Part shown: positions 44,287 through 53,001 of the stretch, piece after piece
Position numbering within the stretch: the stretch's first letter is position 1
Layout: each line of letters starts with the position of its first letter
Source: Clostridiales bacterium
GTDB lineage: Bacteria > Bacillota > Clostridia > Christensenellales > CAG-138
Direction of reading: 5' to 3'
DNA length: 64,000 bases
Assembly: GCA_015056105.1 (NCBI GenBank)
Contig: SVGX01000002.1
Coordinates: forward strand, 7,417 to 71,416
Program-made: the position numbers and the translations under genes
The notes under the pieces: generated by a model
What the model saw: only the letters and a program-made list of their open reading frames with translations
Told to the model about the DNA's origin: nothing
Databases searched by the model: none

Positions 44287-44315
44287 AGTATAAGCACTTT
44301 GTCGCCGCCTGTCAA
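44287..44315 (-). promoter_or_regulatory. sigma-70 promoter driving the T-box leader
   Basis: Minus strand: TTGACA (reverse complement of 44310-44315), 17-nt spacer, TATACT (reverse complement of 44287-44292). Confidence 0.75.
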
Positions 44316-44357
44316 GTTTTTTTTGCAGAAAACACAGGGGCTTGCCGTGTCTTTTCT

Positions 44358-44930
44358 TCAGAATATGCCGAGGCGGTCCAAAGGCGATACACGAAGAAAT
44401 GCCCTGCCCCGGATGCGGGAGGCTTCTACCGTCAGCTTATCCGCATCCACAAGGGCATGCGTTCTGTCATCCGGCAGGATGAAATAATGCCCTTCGGGAA
44501 CGGTATGGGCCGTGATCTCCCCGGAAAGGGCGCCCGATGCGTAGCCCCGCTCATCAAGGAGCAGACCGCCGATATAGACCCTGCCCTCATAAACATCCAC
44601 CTTTTCGCCGGGCAGAGCCACGATGCGGCCGATATAGGTGCCCGCGCCCGTCATGCCGGAATAGGCCACCACATCCCCCCGGTCAGGCGCTTTCACATGC
44701 TTTGCAAGGCGGTCAAAGAGGATCACATCCCCGGGCATAACGGAGGGCGCCATGCCCACATCCCGCACCTGCACGCCGAAAAGCCAAAGGGTAAAAAACG
44801 CCGCCACCACCGCAAGGGATGCAAGCAGCGTAAACACCCATGTGTACATTCTGAGGGTGCGGTATTCCTTTTGTTTGCCCGCGGTTCGCCGAAGGGGCAT
44901 TTCCTTTGCGATGTTCTCTTTGCTTTCCAT
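44358..44930 (-). CDS. signal peptidase I homologue with degenerate catalytic boxes
   Basis: It aligns with the neighbouring canonical SPase (APDRGDVV / APERGDII; VPEGHYF / VPEGHVF). Box D reads YIGRIVALPGEKV (Gly at the general-base Lys position) and box E reads LPDDRTHALVDAD instead of GDNRNESSDSR. Confidence 0.75.
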   Translation of the reverse strand: MESKENIAKEMPLRRTAGKQKEYRTLRMYTWVFTLLASLAVVAAFFTLWLFGVQVRDVGMAPSVMPGDVILFDRLAKHVKAPDRGDVVAYSGMTGAGTYIGRIVALPGEKVDVYEGRVYIGGLLLDERGYASGALSGEITAHTVPEGHYFILPDDRTHALVDADKLTVEASRIRGRAFLRVSPLDRLGIF

Positions 44931-44951
44931 TGCTGTTCCGCCTTCTGTGTG

Positions 44952-45542
44952 TTAAATGCGCCTTGCCTCATCAAAGGGCCAGACCACGCCGATGACCTTT
45001 CCTACCACCCGCTCAAGAGGAATGGCACCCACAAGGGGGTTGCGGCTGTCGGAGGATTCGTTGCGGTTGTCGCCCACCACGAAAACATGGCCTTCGGGCA
45101 CAAGGTATTCCGCCATATCCTGATCGATGCGGTCTTCCCAGTATGCGGATTCGTTCAGCTTTTCCCCGTTCAGATACAGGATGCCGTCCCGGATCTCCAC
45201 GCTGTCGCCGCCGATGCCGATCACCCGCTTCACGCAGCTTGTGGTATGGTGGGGATAAAAGCAGATGATGATATCCCCCCGCTCCGGCGCATTGAACCAA
45301 TAGCTGAATTTTTCCACCAGCATCCTTTCGCCGCTCACAAGGGTATCGTGCATGGAATCGCCCACCACGCGCACGGGTTCAAACAGGAACAGCCGGAGCG
45401 CAAATGCCGCCGCCAGCACGATCACAAGCCAAAGCACAAACTCCTTATCCGCCGCCCGCTTGTAGGGCGCATCCTTTGCGTGGATGGCCTCCGCATCCTT
45501 CAAAAGCGCCGCACGCAGGGTTTTATCGATCTTCTCCGACAT
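44952..45542 (-). CDS. lepB: signal peptidase I
   Basis: All canonical boxes are present: GDSMHDTL (Ser), VKRVIGIGGDSV (Lys) and GDNRNESSDSR. An N-terminal TM anchor is present. Confidence 0.9.
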   Translation of the reverse strand: MSEKIDKTLRAALLKDAEAIHAKDAPYKRAADKEFVLWLVIVLAAAFALRLFLFEPVRVVGDSMHDTLVSGERMLVEKFSYWFNAPERGDIIICFYPHHTTSCVKRVIGIGGDSVEIRDGILYLNGEKLNESAYWEDRIDQDMAEYLVPEGHVFVVGDNRNESSDSRNPLVGAIPLERVVGKVIGVVWPFDEARRI

Positions 45543-45741
45543 GGTTTTCCTCTTTCTTTTGTGTCAGGTTTTTCCGGGCGCTGCGAAGAAAATCCCCCCG
45601 GTCCAGCATCACGAGCCGGTCGCAGCGGCTGCAGCGCAGCTTGATATCCGCCCCCGTGCGGGTGACGATCCATTCGTTGGCGCCGCAAGCATGAGGCTTT
45701 TTCATCACGATATGATCCCCAAGCTCAAAATGTTCGATCAT
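45523..45741 (-). CDS. DUF951 family protein
   Basis: ATG 45741 follows AAGGAG. MIEHFELGDHIVMKKPHACGANEWIVTRTGADIKLRCSRCDRLVML matches the DUF951 pattern. The 3' end overlaps the SPase start by 20 nt. Confidence 0.8.
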   Translation of the reverse strand: MIEHFELGDHIVMKKPHACGANEWIVTRTGADIKLRCSRCDRLVMLDRGDFLRSARKNLTQKKEENHVGEDR

Positions 45742-45752
45742 ACGGTTTCTCC

Positions 45753-46604
45753 TTATTGAAGAAGCTCTACCCTTGCCTTGGGCAGGGCGATGCCTTCCTT
45801 GACAAAGCGGGACACGATGCGCTTTCTGAGCTCCCGCTCCACGCCCCAATGTTCAAGGGGTTTGACCCGCTGTACTACCCGGAGCACCATTTCGCCGCCG
45901 GCAAGCTGCACGGCGCCCACCACCTCCGGCTCCGCCGTGGCGATATCGCCAAGCTCGCCGTAATAGCGCGCCGCCTCTTCCTTCATCAGAGAAAGGGCAA
46001 GGGCGGTATCCGCTTCCTGGGAAACGGGGATCTCCGCAATGGCAAGGGAATCGGTACGGGAATAGTTTGTCAATACGCCGATGCTGCCGTTGGGGACGAT
46101 GCTCACTTCCCCGCCGTACTGGCGGATGGTCACCGTGCGCAGGGATACCGCCTCCACGGTGCCGGTCACACCCGCAAGGGAAACATAATCCCCCACGCTG
46201 AGCTGGTCTTCAAACAGCATGGAGATACCGGCAGCCACATCTTTGATGATGTTCTGCGCGCCGATGCCGATGGCAAGGCTGCCGATGCCCGCTGCCGCCA
46301 GCATGGAATTCATGGCACCAGAATAGCCGAGCTCGCCCACAGCGATGGCGATGGCGATAAAAAACACCGCATAGCGGATCACGCTCATCAGGAGCGTGCC
46401 CGCTGTCATGAGCCGCCGCGCCTTGTGTTCTTCAAGCACGCCCGCCCGGCTTCTGACGATGCCGGAAATGATGCGCTTCGCCGCGGCGATCAGAAGCGAA
46501 GCAAGCAGAAACGTAATGATGATATCGATCACCGTTGAAAGGAAGGAAAGTCCCTTCCCGGCAAGGGCAGCATCAGCGGCGGGAATAAAAAGCAACGTGC
46601 GCAT
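45753..46604 (-). CDS. mechanosensitive ion channel family protein (MscS-like)
   Basis: The MscS beta-domain signature region is present (LFEDQLSVGDYVSLAGVTGTVEAVSLRTVTIRQYGGEVSIVPNGSI). The start is uncertain; ATG 46604 was chosen. Confidence 0.82.
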   Translation of the reverse strand: MRTLLFIPAADAALAGKGLSFLSTVIDIIITFLLASLLIAAAKRIISGIVRSRAGVLEEHKARRLMTAGTLLMSVIRYAVFFIAIAIAVGELGYSGAMNSMLAAAGIGSLAIGIGAQNIIKDVAAGISMLFEDQLSVGDYVSLAGVTGTVEAVSLRTVTIRQYGGEVSIVPNGSIGVLTNYSRTDSLAIAEIPVSQEADTALALSLMKEEAARYYGELGDIATAEPEVVGAVQLAGGEMVLRVVQRVKPLEHWGVERELRKRIVSRFVKEGIALPKARVELLQ

Positions 46605-46757
46605 ACGGTTCCTCTTCCGTGGGTCTCTTTCGCCGAAATACCTCGGCATAATATAACAGTATACCATGCTCCTTCGTTTTTGTGGAGCGCAGTCGACGGC
46701 AAAGTATAGATTTTTCATATTCTCTTCATATTTTTATCCTTTTTTCGTTCATAAAAG

Positions 46758-46786
46758 TTGACAGCCGGTAACGGTTGCGTTATGCT
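46758..46786 (+). promoter_or_regulatory. sigma-70 promoter for the amino-acid permease gene
   Basis: TTGACA (46758-46763), 17-nt spacer, TATGCT (46781-46786). Confidence 0.6.
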
Positions 46787-46921
46787 ATGGGTTACGAAAT
46801 AATATATTTTCGTTTTCTGTGCGGACCGGTTTTGTTTTCCGGGCACAGAAATCCCCCAACACGGTTCCACTTTTTCCGGGGTATAACCCCAAAACAAAAA
46901 AAACGAAACGGAGCATTTCAA

Positions 46922-48277
46922 ATGGAAAACAACGGATTGCACAAAAAATATGGCCTTCTGACCGCCATCTGCATGGTCGTGGGCATCGTTATCGGCAGCG
47001 GCGTCTTTTTCAAAGCGGAAAAGATCCTCAACGAAACCGGCGGCAACCTTCCCCTCGGCATTCTTGCGTGGAGCATCGGCGCCGCCATCATGGTGGCCTG
47101 CGCATACGCCTTCTCCCTGCTTGCCACCCGCTATGAGCGTGTGAACGGCATCGTGGACTATGCGGAAGCCATCGTCGGCAAGAAATACGGCTACTATGTT
47201 GGCTGGTTCCTGACCACCATGTATTATCCTTCCATGACCAGCGTTCTCGCCTGGGTCAGTTCCCGTTATCTTTGCGTGCTTTTCGGCTTCGCCCCCACCA
47301 GCGCCGAGTGTTTGACCATCGCCGGTTTCTTCCTTGTCGCCAGCTATGTGCTCAACGCCATTTCCCCCATTCTTGCGGGTAAATTCCAGGTTTCCACCAC
47401 CGTGATCAAGATGGTTCCCCTTTCCCTGATGGCTGTCGTAGGTCTGATCGTGGGCCTTTCGAACGGCATGACCGTTGAAAACTTCACCACCGTTGTGGAT
47501 GCTTCCAAGAACCCCGGCATGGCGCTTTTCACCGCTGTCGTTGCCACCGCCTTCGCTTTTGAAGGCTGGATCATCGCCACCAGCATCAACGCGGAGCTCA
47601 AGGATGCGAAAAAGAACCTGCCCCGCGCCCTCGTGATCGGTACCCTTATCGTGGCCGCCACCTACATCCTCTACTATGTGGGCCTTGCGGGCACCGTGAC
47701 CAATGCGGAGCTGATGAGCAGCGGCGAAGCCGGCGTGCGCGTTGCCTTCGAGACCCTCTTCTCCAGGGTCGGCGGCACCATCCTTTCCGTGCTGGTGGTC
47801 ATCTCCTGCCTTGGCACCCTCAACGGCCTCATGCTCGGCACCAGCCGCGGCATGTATGCCCTTGCCGCCCGCGGCCGCGGCCCCGCCCCGAAGGTATTCT
47901 CCCGCGTGGATCCCCACACGGATATGCCCACCAACTCCGCGGTGATCGGCCTGCTCTTCTGCGCTTTCTGGCTTCTGTACTTCTACGGTTCCCAGCTGAC
48001 CGCGCCCATGTTCGGCTTCTTCAAGTTCGACTCTTCCGAGCTGCCCATCATCACCATCTACGGCGCTTACCTGCCCATCTTCATCATCGCCATGAAGAAG
48101 GAAAAGACCCTCAGCAAGGTGAATCGCTTTGTCGCTTTCCCGCTTGCCTGCGCCGGCAGCCTGTTCATGGTGGTGGCAGCGATCTTCGCCCACCATGCCA
48201 CCGTGGTCTCCTACCTTGTGGCCTTCGTCATCTTCATGGTCATCGGCATCTTCTTCCGCAAGGAGCAGGAGATCTGA
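46922..48277 (+). CDS. APC family amino acid permease
   Basis: Start at MENNGLHKKYGLLTAICMVVGIVIGSGVFFK, with about 12 TM segments. The GSGVF motif is typical of APC permeases. Confidence 0.88.
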   Translation: MENNGLHKKYGLLTAICMVVGIVIGSGVFFKAEKILNETGGNLPLGILAWSIGAAIMVACAYAFSLLATRYERVNGIVDYAEAIVGKKYGYYVGWFLTTMYYPSMTSVLAWVSSRYLCVLFGFAPTSAECLTIAGFFLVASYVLNAISPILAGKFQVSTTVIKMVPLSLMAVVGLIVGLSNGMTVENFTTVVDASKNPGMALFTAVVATAFAFEGWIIATSINAELKDAKKNLPRALVIGTLIVAATYILYYVGLAGTVTNAELMSSGEAGVRVAFETLFSRVGGTILSVLVVISCLGTLNGLMLGTSRGMYALAARGRGPAPKVFSRVDPHTDMPTNSAVIGLLFCAFWLLYFYGSQLTAPMFGFFKFDSSELPIITIYGAYLPIFIIAMKKEKTLSKVNRFVAFPLACAGSLFMVVAAIFAHHATVVSYLVAFVIFMVIGIFFRKEQEI

Positions 48278-48302
48278 AGCATCAAAAAACCAAATGCGTT
48301 TT

Positions 48303-48332
48303 GCCGCGCGGGAATTCCCGCGCGGCTTTTTT
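48303..48332 (+). terminator. intrinsic terminator
   Basis: GCCGCGCGGG (48303-48312), loop AATT, CCCGCGCGGC (48317-48326), then T6. Confidence 0.88.
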
Positions 48333-48409
48333 GCTTCCGCATCCAATAATTTCCACTTTGTTTTTCTTTTCCACATCCGAATCGCGCCGCGTTGTGGTAT
48401 ACTGACATT

Positions 48410-49954
48410 ATGGACAATAAAAAAGAAAAAAAGCCTCTTTCCCGGGCAAAAAAGATCTGTATCGCGCTCATCGCCGCGGCGCTTCTTGCGCTGGCGGCCG
48501 TTGCGGCACGCTTTCTCTATGTCATGTTCGTGAATCCCATGAGTGCCTTTCCCGGCAGGCCCACGCCCGTGCCAACGGCGGCACCCACGCCCACGGCTTC
48601 GCCCACGCCTATGCCGACGCCGGAGCCCACACCCACGCCGACCCCACAGGCTACGGCTTCGCCCACGCCTGCGGCGGAGCCCACGCCGGAGCCCACGCCC
48701 ACGCCGACCCCTGCGCCCACCTATACGCCGCAGGAGCTTGCGGACCTTTCCTTTATGAAAAACAGGGTGAACATCCTCATGCTGGGTTGGGATGAAAGCC
48801 CGGAGCGCAACGAGGAGGGCAGCGGCCTTTACCGGGATGAGGAAAATAACTTCCGCAGTGATGTTATCATGCTGCTGACGGTGGATTTCAAGCGGGAGCG
48901 GGCGGATCTGATCTCCATCCCCCGGGATACCTTTTCAAAGGTCTACACCGATACCGGCGAGCGCTACGGCAAAGGTCACTGGAAGATCAATGCCGCCTTC
49001 GCAAAGGGCGGCAGCGTGGAAGGCAAAGGCTTCGAATACGCCATGGAAAGCGTATCGAAGCTCCTTGGCGGCATCCCCATCGATTATTATGCCGGCGTTG
49101 ACATGACGGGTCTTAAAGCCGTGGTGGATGCCATGGGCGGCGTTTGGTACGATGTGGATGTACGCATTGAGCTCAACGGCCGCATTCTTGAAACCGGTTA
49201 CCAGCATCTTGATGGGCAAAAAGTGCTTGATTATTGCCGTGCCAGAAAGGGCATCAGCACGGATGTTGGCCGCGCGGACCGGCAGCAGCGGATTCTTTTT
49301 ACGGTGTTTGAACAGCTTAAATCCCGCGATCAGCTTAAAAATCTGGTTGGCGTCTACAATTCCGTGAAAGACTATGTGGTAACGAACCTGACTGCGGAGC
49401 AGATCGCCGCCCTCGGCGTGCTGGGCATGAATCTTGATGCGGATACCCTCAATCGCCATACCTTAAAGGGCGAATATGTAAGCAATACCTCTTACGGCGG
49501 GGCAAGCTATTATGTGCTCAGCAACGAAAAGCTGGTGGCGCTCATCGAGAAGGTGTTCCGCGTTACCATTGTGCCCGATCCCACAGCGGATATCGCCCAT
49601 GTGAAGGGAGAAAAGGCGGCGATGACCGCGGCGCGCTATCTGACGGGCGCGGAATATATCCTCTCCCTTGCGGAGAATGAGGCCGCCCGCCTCGGCCTGT
49701 TTGCACCGGAGGCGGATACCCTCAGAAAGCAGTGCTTTACCGCGGAGGAAGCGGTAAACGCCCTTATCCCTCTCATTACCCGGGAACCGGGCATCTCTAC
49801 GGACGTGCCCCTTGATCACGAAGCCATCGATGCTGCTATCGAGGCGCTGCACAGCGAGCTGCTCGGCATAGCAAACAGCCTTGGGCTCAACCGCAAAACC
49901 GCAGACAGCGAGCTTCTCCCCGGCGATCTGTATCAGGATCTTCCCCGAAAATAA
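48410..49954 (+). CDS. LCP (LytR-CpsA-Psr) family protein with TM anchor and Pro/Thr-rich linker
   Basis: [10 protein letters not shown]..., ...[11 protein letters not shown]..., ...LISIPRDT... and ...INAAFAKGG are LCP motifs. The ATG 48410 start has no SD and may be leaderless. Confidence 0.85.
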   Translation: MDNKKEKKPLSRAKKICIALIAAALLALAAVAARFLYVMFVNPMSAFPGRPTPVPTAAPTPTASPTPMPTPEPTPTPTPQATASPTPAAEPTPEPTPTPTPAPTYTPQELADLSFMKNRVNILMLGWDESPERNEEGSGLYRDEENNFRSDVIMLLTVDFKRERADLISIPRDTFSKVYTDTGERYGKGHWKINAAFAKGGSVEGKGFEYAMESVSKLLGGIPIDYYAGVDMTGLKAVVDAMGGVWYDVDVRIELNGRILETGYQHLDGQKVLDYCRARKGISTDVGRADRQQRILFTVFEQLKSRDQLKNLVGVYNSVKDYVVTNLTAEQIAALGVLGMNLDADTLNRHTLKGEYVSNTSYGGASYYVLSNEKLVALIEKVFRVTIVPDPTADIAHVKGEKAAMTAARYLTGAEYILSLAENEAARLGLFAPEADTLRKQCFTAEEAVNALIPLITREPGISTDVPLDHEAIDAAIEALHSELLGIANSLGLNRKTADSELLPGDLYQDLPRK

Positions 49955-49972
49955 CAGGAAGGAGAATTTCCC

Positions 49973-51172
49973 ATGCCCTTTGACCCGCGTACCGATGCGC
50001 TCAAGCCGCAGCTTTTTGCGTGGCAGGCGCACCTTCACGAAAACCCGGAGCTCTCCTTTGAAGAGTTCGAGACCACCGCTTACCTTGAAACGGCCCTTTC
50101 CGCCATGGAAGGCGTCCGTATCAGCCGCCCCACCAAGACCGGCCTTGTGGCCAGCATCTTCGGTGAAAAGCCGGGCGAAACAGCCGTTCTCGGTATCCGC
50201 GGGGATATCGATGCCCTGCCCATTCAGGAAGAAACTGATCTCCCCTATATTTCAAAAAAACCGGGCGTGATGCACGCCTGCGGCCACGATGGCCACACAG
50301 CGATCCTTCTCGGCCTTGCGCAGCTTCTGAGCGAAAACCGCGGCAGCTTTTCCGGCGAGGCGCGGCTCTTTTTTCAGCATGCGGAGGAGCTGCCCCCGGG
50401 CGGTGCCGTGGAGATGGTGCGTGCCGGCGCGGCGGAGGGTGTTGACGCCATGCTGGGCCTGCACCTTTCCACCAACTGGAAAACCGGCGTGTTCGGCATC
50501 CGCAGCGGCGTGCTGACCGCCGCTGTGGACAGGTTCGACATCACCATAAAGGGAAAGGGCGCCCACTGCTCCTTCCCGGAACAGGGTACCGATGTGATCG
50601 TGACCGCGGCGCAGCTGATCCTTGCGCTGCAGACCATCTCTTCCCGCCGCGTGGCGGCAAACGACCCCGTGATCGTATCCGTCTGCATGGCGAATGCCGG
50701 CACCGCCTACAATATCCTTCCCAATGAGATGGCGCTGACGGGCGCCGTGCGCTCCTTCTCCCCGGAAACGAGAAAGAAGATCGAGCGGCTCATCGGCGAG
50801 ATCACCGCAGGCGTCTGCATGAGCGCCGGCGCAGGCTATGATTACAAATGGGATGCGGGCTATGCTTCCGTATTCAACGATGATGCCCTGTATTCCCTTG
50901 CGGAGGAAACGCTGCTGTCCCGCTTCGGCGAAGCCCATATCGATCACATCGATCCTATTATGCCCGGCGAGGATTTCTACGCCTTCCTGGAAGGCAGGCC
51001 CGGCTTCTTTCTGGAGCTCGGCTCCCGGGCGGCGGAAAAGGGCTGCGATATGCCCCACCACAACGCAAAATACAAGCTTGATCAGGAAGCACTGCCTTAC
51101 GGCGTGCAGTATCTTTTCGATATGACGCTTAGGCTTCTTGACGGCACAAGACCCTTTGACAAAACGAGGTAG
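49973..51172 (+). CDS. M20 family amidohydrolase (N-acyl-L-amino acid amidohydrolase / hippuricase type)
   Basis: RBS AGGAAGGAG upstream. Motifs MHACGHDGHTAILLG and FQHAEELPPGGA. Confidence 0.88.
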   Translation: MPFDPRTDALKPQLFAWQAHLHENPELSFEEFETTAYLETALSAMEGVRISRPTKTGLVASIFGEKPGETAVLGIRGDIDALPIQEETDLPYISKKPGVMHACGHDGHTAILLGLAQLLSENRGSFSGEARLFFQHAEELPPGGAVEMVRAGAAEGVDAMLGLHLSTNWKTGVFGIRSGVLTAAVDRFDITIKGKGAHCSFPEQGTDVIVTAAQLILALQTISSRRVAANDPVIVSVCMANAGTAYNILPNEMALTGAVRSFSPETRKKIERLIGEITAGVCMSAGAGYDYKWDAGYASVFNDDALYSLAEETLLSRFGEAHIDHIDPIMPGEDFYAFLEGRPGFFLELGSRAAEKGCDMPHHNAKYKLDQEALPYGVQYLFDMTLRLLDGTRPFDKTR

Positions 51173-51175
51173 CGG

Positions 51176-51976
51176 ATGAAGATCACCGTTCTGATGGACA
51201 ATTATACCTATATCGACAGATATTACCTTGGCGAACCGGCAGCGGCCTACCTGTTGGAGACGGGGGAAAAGACTATCCTGCTCGACACCGGCTATTCCGC
51301 CGTGACCCTTGAAAACGCCCGCAGGATGGGCATTGATCTTTCTCGGGTGACGGATGTGGTGATCTCCCACGGCCACAACGACCATACCGGCGGCCTCATC
51401 CCTTTCCTTGAAGCGCACTCCCAAAAAGTGAAAATCCATCTCCATCCGGACGCGCTGCTCAAAAAGCGCTTCGACGGGCTCGATGTGGGCATCCCCTTTG
51501 ACCCTGCCGCCCTGCCCGGCAATGCAAAGCTCTGCCTTTCCAACGTGCCGAAGGAGATTGCAAAAAACGTACTCTTCCTTGGGGAGATCCCCCGGGTGAA
51601 TCCTCTTGAAGCGCCCGCTGTGGGCGAGACAGACCGCCGCGGTGTCTTTGAGCCGGATTATCTTCTTGACGACACCGCCCTTGCCTTGCGGACGGCGGAT
51701 GGGCTTTTCATTCTGACAGGCTGTTCCCATGCGGGCATCTGCAACATGGTGCAGTATGCCTCCGCCCTGACCGGGGAACGCCGCATCGCCGGCATCCTCG
51801 GCGGGCTTCACCTGTTTGACCCGGGGCCGCAGGTAGATTTTGTGATCGAGCGGCTCGCCGCCCTTGGCGTCAAAAAGCTTTACCCCTGTCACTGCACATC
51901 CCTTGCGGTCAAAACGCTGCTCGCACAGCATTTTGATGTGGCGGAAGTAGGCGTCGGCTTTACGCTGACGGTGTGA
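51176..51976 (+). CDS. MBL-fold metallo-hydrolase
   Basis: VVISHGHNDHTGGL (HxHxDH motif). Start lies 4 nt after the M20 stop. Confidence 0.85.
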   Translation: MKITVLMDNYTYIDRYYLGEPAAAYLLETGEKTILLDTGYSAVTLENARRMGIDLSRVTDVVISHGHNDHTGGLIPFLEAHSQKVKIHLHPDALLKKRFDGLDVGIPFDPAALPGNAKLCLSNVPKEIAKNVLFLGEIPRVNPLEAPAVGETDRRGVFEPDYLLDDTALALRTADGLFILTGCSHAGICNMVQYASALTGERRIAGILGGLHLFDPGPQVDFVIERLAALGVKKLYPCHCTSLAVKTLLAQHFDVAEVGVGFTLTV

Positions 51977-52049
51977 AGGCGGAAAGCAGAAAACAGACCT
52001 GCGGCATATACCGACAGGTTATCACCAAATCATCATTCATGAGGTAAAC

Positions 52050-52352
52050 ATGGATTTGAGAGCAGCGCAAAAAGCCGTATATAAAAATAAGGTGGATAAG
52101 GGCTTCAATGTAACAGATGTGAGTAAAGAGTTTTGCTTGTTGTACGGTGAAGTCGCCGAAGCGTATGAAGCATGGAAAAGAAGGCACGATAATGTCGGCG
52201 AAGAATTGGCAGATATTGCTATTTACTTGCTCGGATTGTCTGAAATATTAGGCGTTGATTTGGCTTCAGAAGTAGAAAGCAAGATGAAGATCAATCAAGA
52301 CCGTGAATATGAGATCATTGACGGGATTTTAAACCGTGTTTCCAAAAGGTAA
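52050..52352 (+). CDS. MazG-like nucleotide pyrophosphohydrolase domain protein
   Basis: 100 aa. EFCLLYGEVAEAYEAW...EELADIAIYLLGL is the EExxE/D helix pattern of small MazG-type proteins. It lies in a visibly AT-rich patch. Confidence 0.75.
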   Translation: MDLRAAQKAVYKNKVDKGFNVTDVSKEFCLLYGEVAEAYEAWKRRHDNVGEELADIAIYLLGLSEILGVDLASEVESKMKINQDREYEIIDGILNRVSKR

Positions 52353-52496
52353 ATTGAAGTTTGCCTGATAGATAACGGCAGGTTTCCATACACCTCCTGG
52401 CACATCGTATCATGTGCAATTCCGCACCGCACCAAAGAACCTCCCTCTGATGAGGGAGGTGGCAAAAATCTTTGATTTTTGACGGAGGGAGAGATC

Positions 52497-52931
52497 GTGA
52501 AAGCGTATAATAAGGCAAATATCCCTTTGGCAAAGGCATTGAGAAGAAACATGACACCATGGGAGCAAAAGTTGTGATATCAATTTTTAAGGAACTATCC
52601 TGTTCGTTTTCAAAGGCAAAAGGTGATCGGCAATTATATCGTGGATTTTTATTGCGCCAAGGCAAAACTGGTCGTAGAGCTTGACGGCAGAGGTCATTAT
52701 ACTCCGGATCAGACCGAAAAAGATGCCGTTCGTACCAAAGATTTGGAAGCCATGGATTTAGCTGTGCTGCGAGTTTGCAATTTGGACATTGACCGCAATT
52801 TCAGCGGGGTATGTGATTCTATTGATCTTGCCGTCAGGAAATCTCTCCCTCAGCCAGCTTCGCTGACAGCTCCCTCGTCAGAGGGAGCCCGTCATTCCAA
52901 CAAGTCAATACACAAACAGACCTGTGAATGA
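52497..52931 (+). pseudogene. DUF559 (Vsr-like endonuclease domain) gene interrupted by an in-frame TGA
   Basis: From GTG 52497: VKAYNKANIPLAKALRRNMTPWEQKL-TGA(52575-52577)-YQFLRNYPVRFQRQKVIGNYIVDFYCAKAKLVVELDG. The stop sits where family members have Trp (..KLWY.FLR..). Confidence 0.75.
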
Positions 52932-52946
52932 TCACAGGTCTGTTTT
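52914..52946. terminator. bidirectional terminator hairpin
   Basis: A perfect 14-bp stem AAACAGACCTGTGA (52914-52927) / TCACAGGTCTGTTT (52932-52945) with a 4-nt loop, flanked by T/A runs. Confidence 0.8.
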
Positions 52947-53001
52947 ACTATCGTATGATTATCTGACAAAAGATGATGTTTTTATGCTGCCCGCCTTCAC
53001 A

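Noticed and set aside
46787-46921. Riboswitch or attenuator in the 135-nt leader of the APC permease
   Set aside because: It contains hairpins (TCTGTGC...GCACAGA; GGGGTATAACCCC). None is followed by a U-run on the plus strand, and none matches a riboswitch core I know, so the evidence is insufficient.
48555-48725. Repetitive CCCACGCC-type DNA in the LCP gene
   Set aside because: This is low-complexity coding sequence for a Pro/Thr/Ala linker ([13 protein letters not shown]...). It is an irregular rather than a defined tandem repeat and is common in extracytoplasmic tethers.
52446-52452. CUGAUGA sequence suggesting a hammerhead ribozyme core
   Set aside because: It forms the loop of a simple hairpin. 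No GAAA box or three-stem junction could be built around it.
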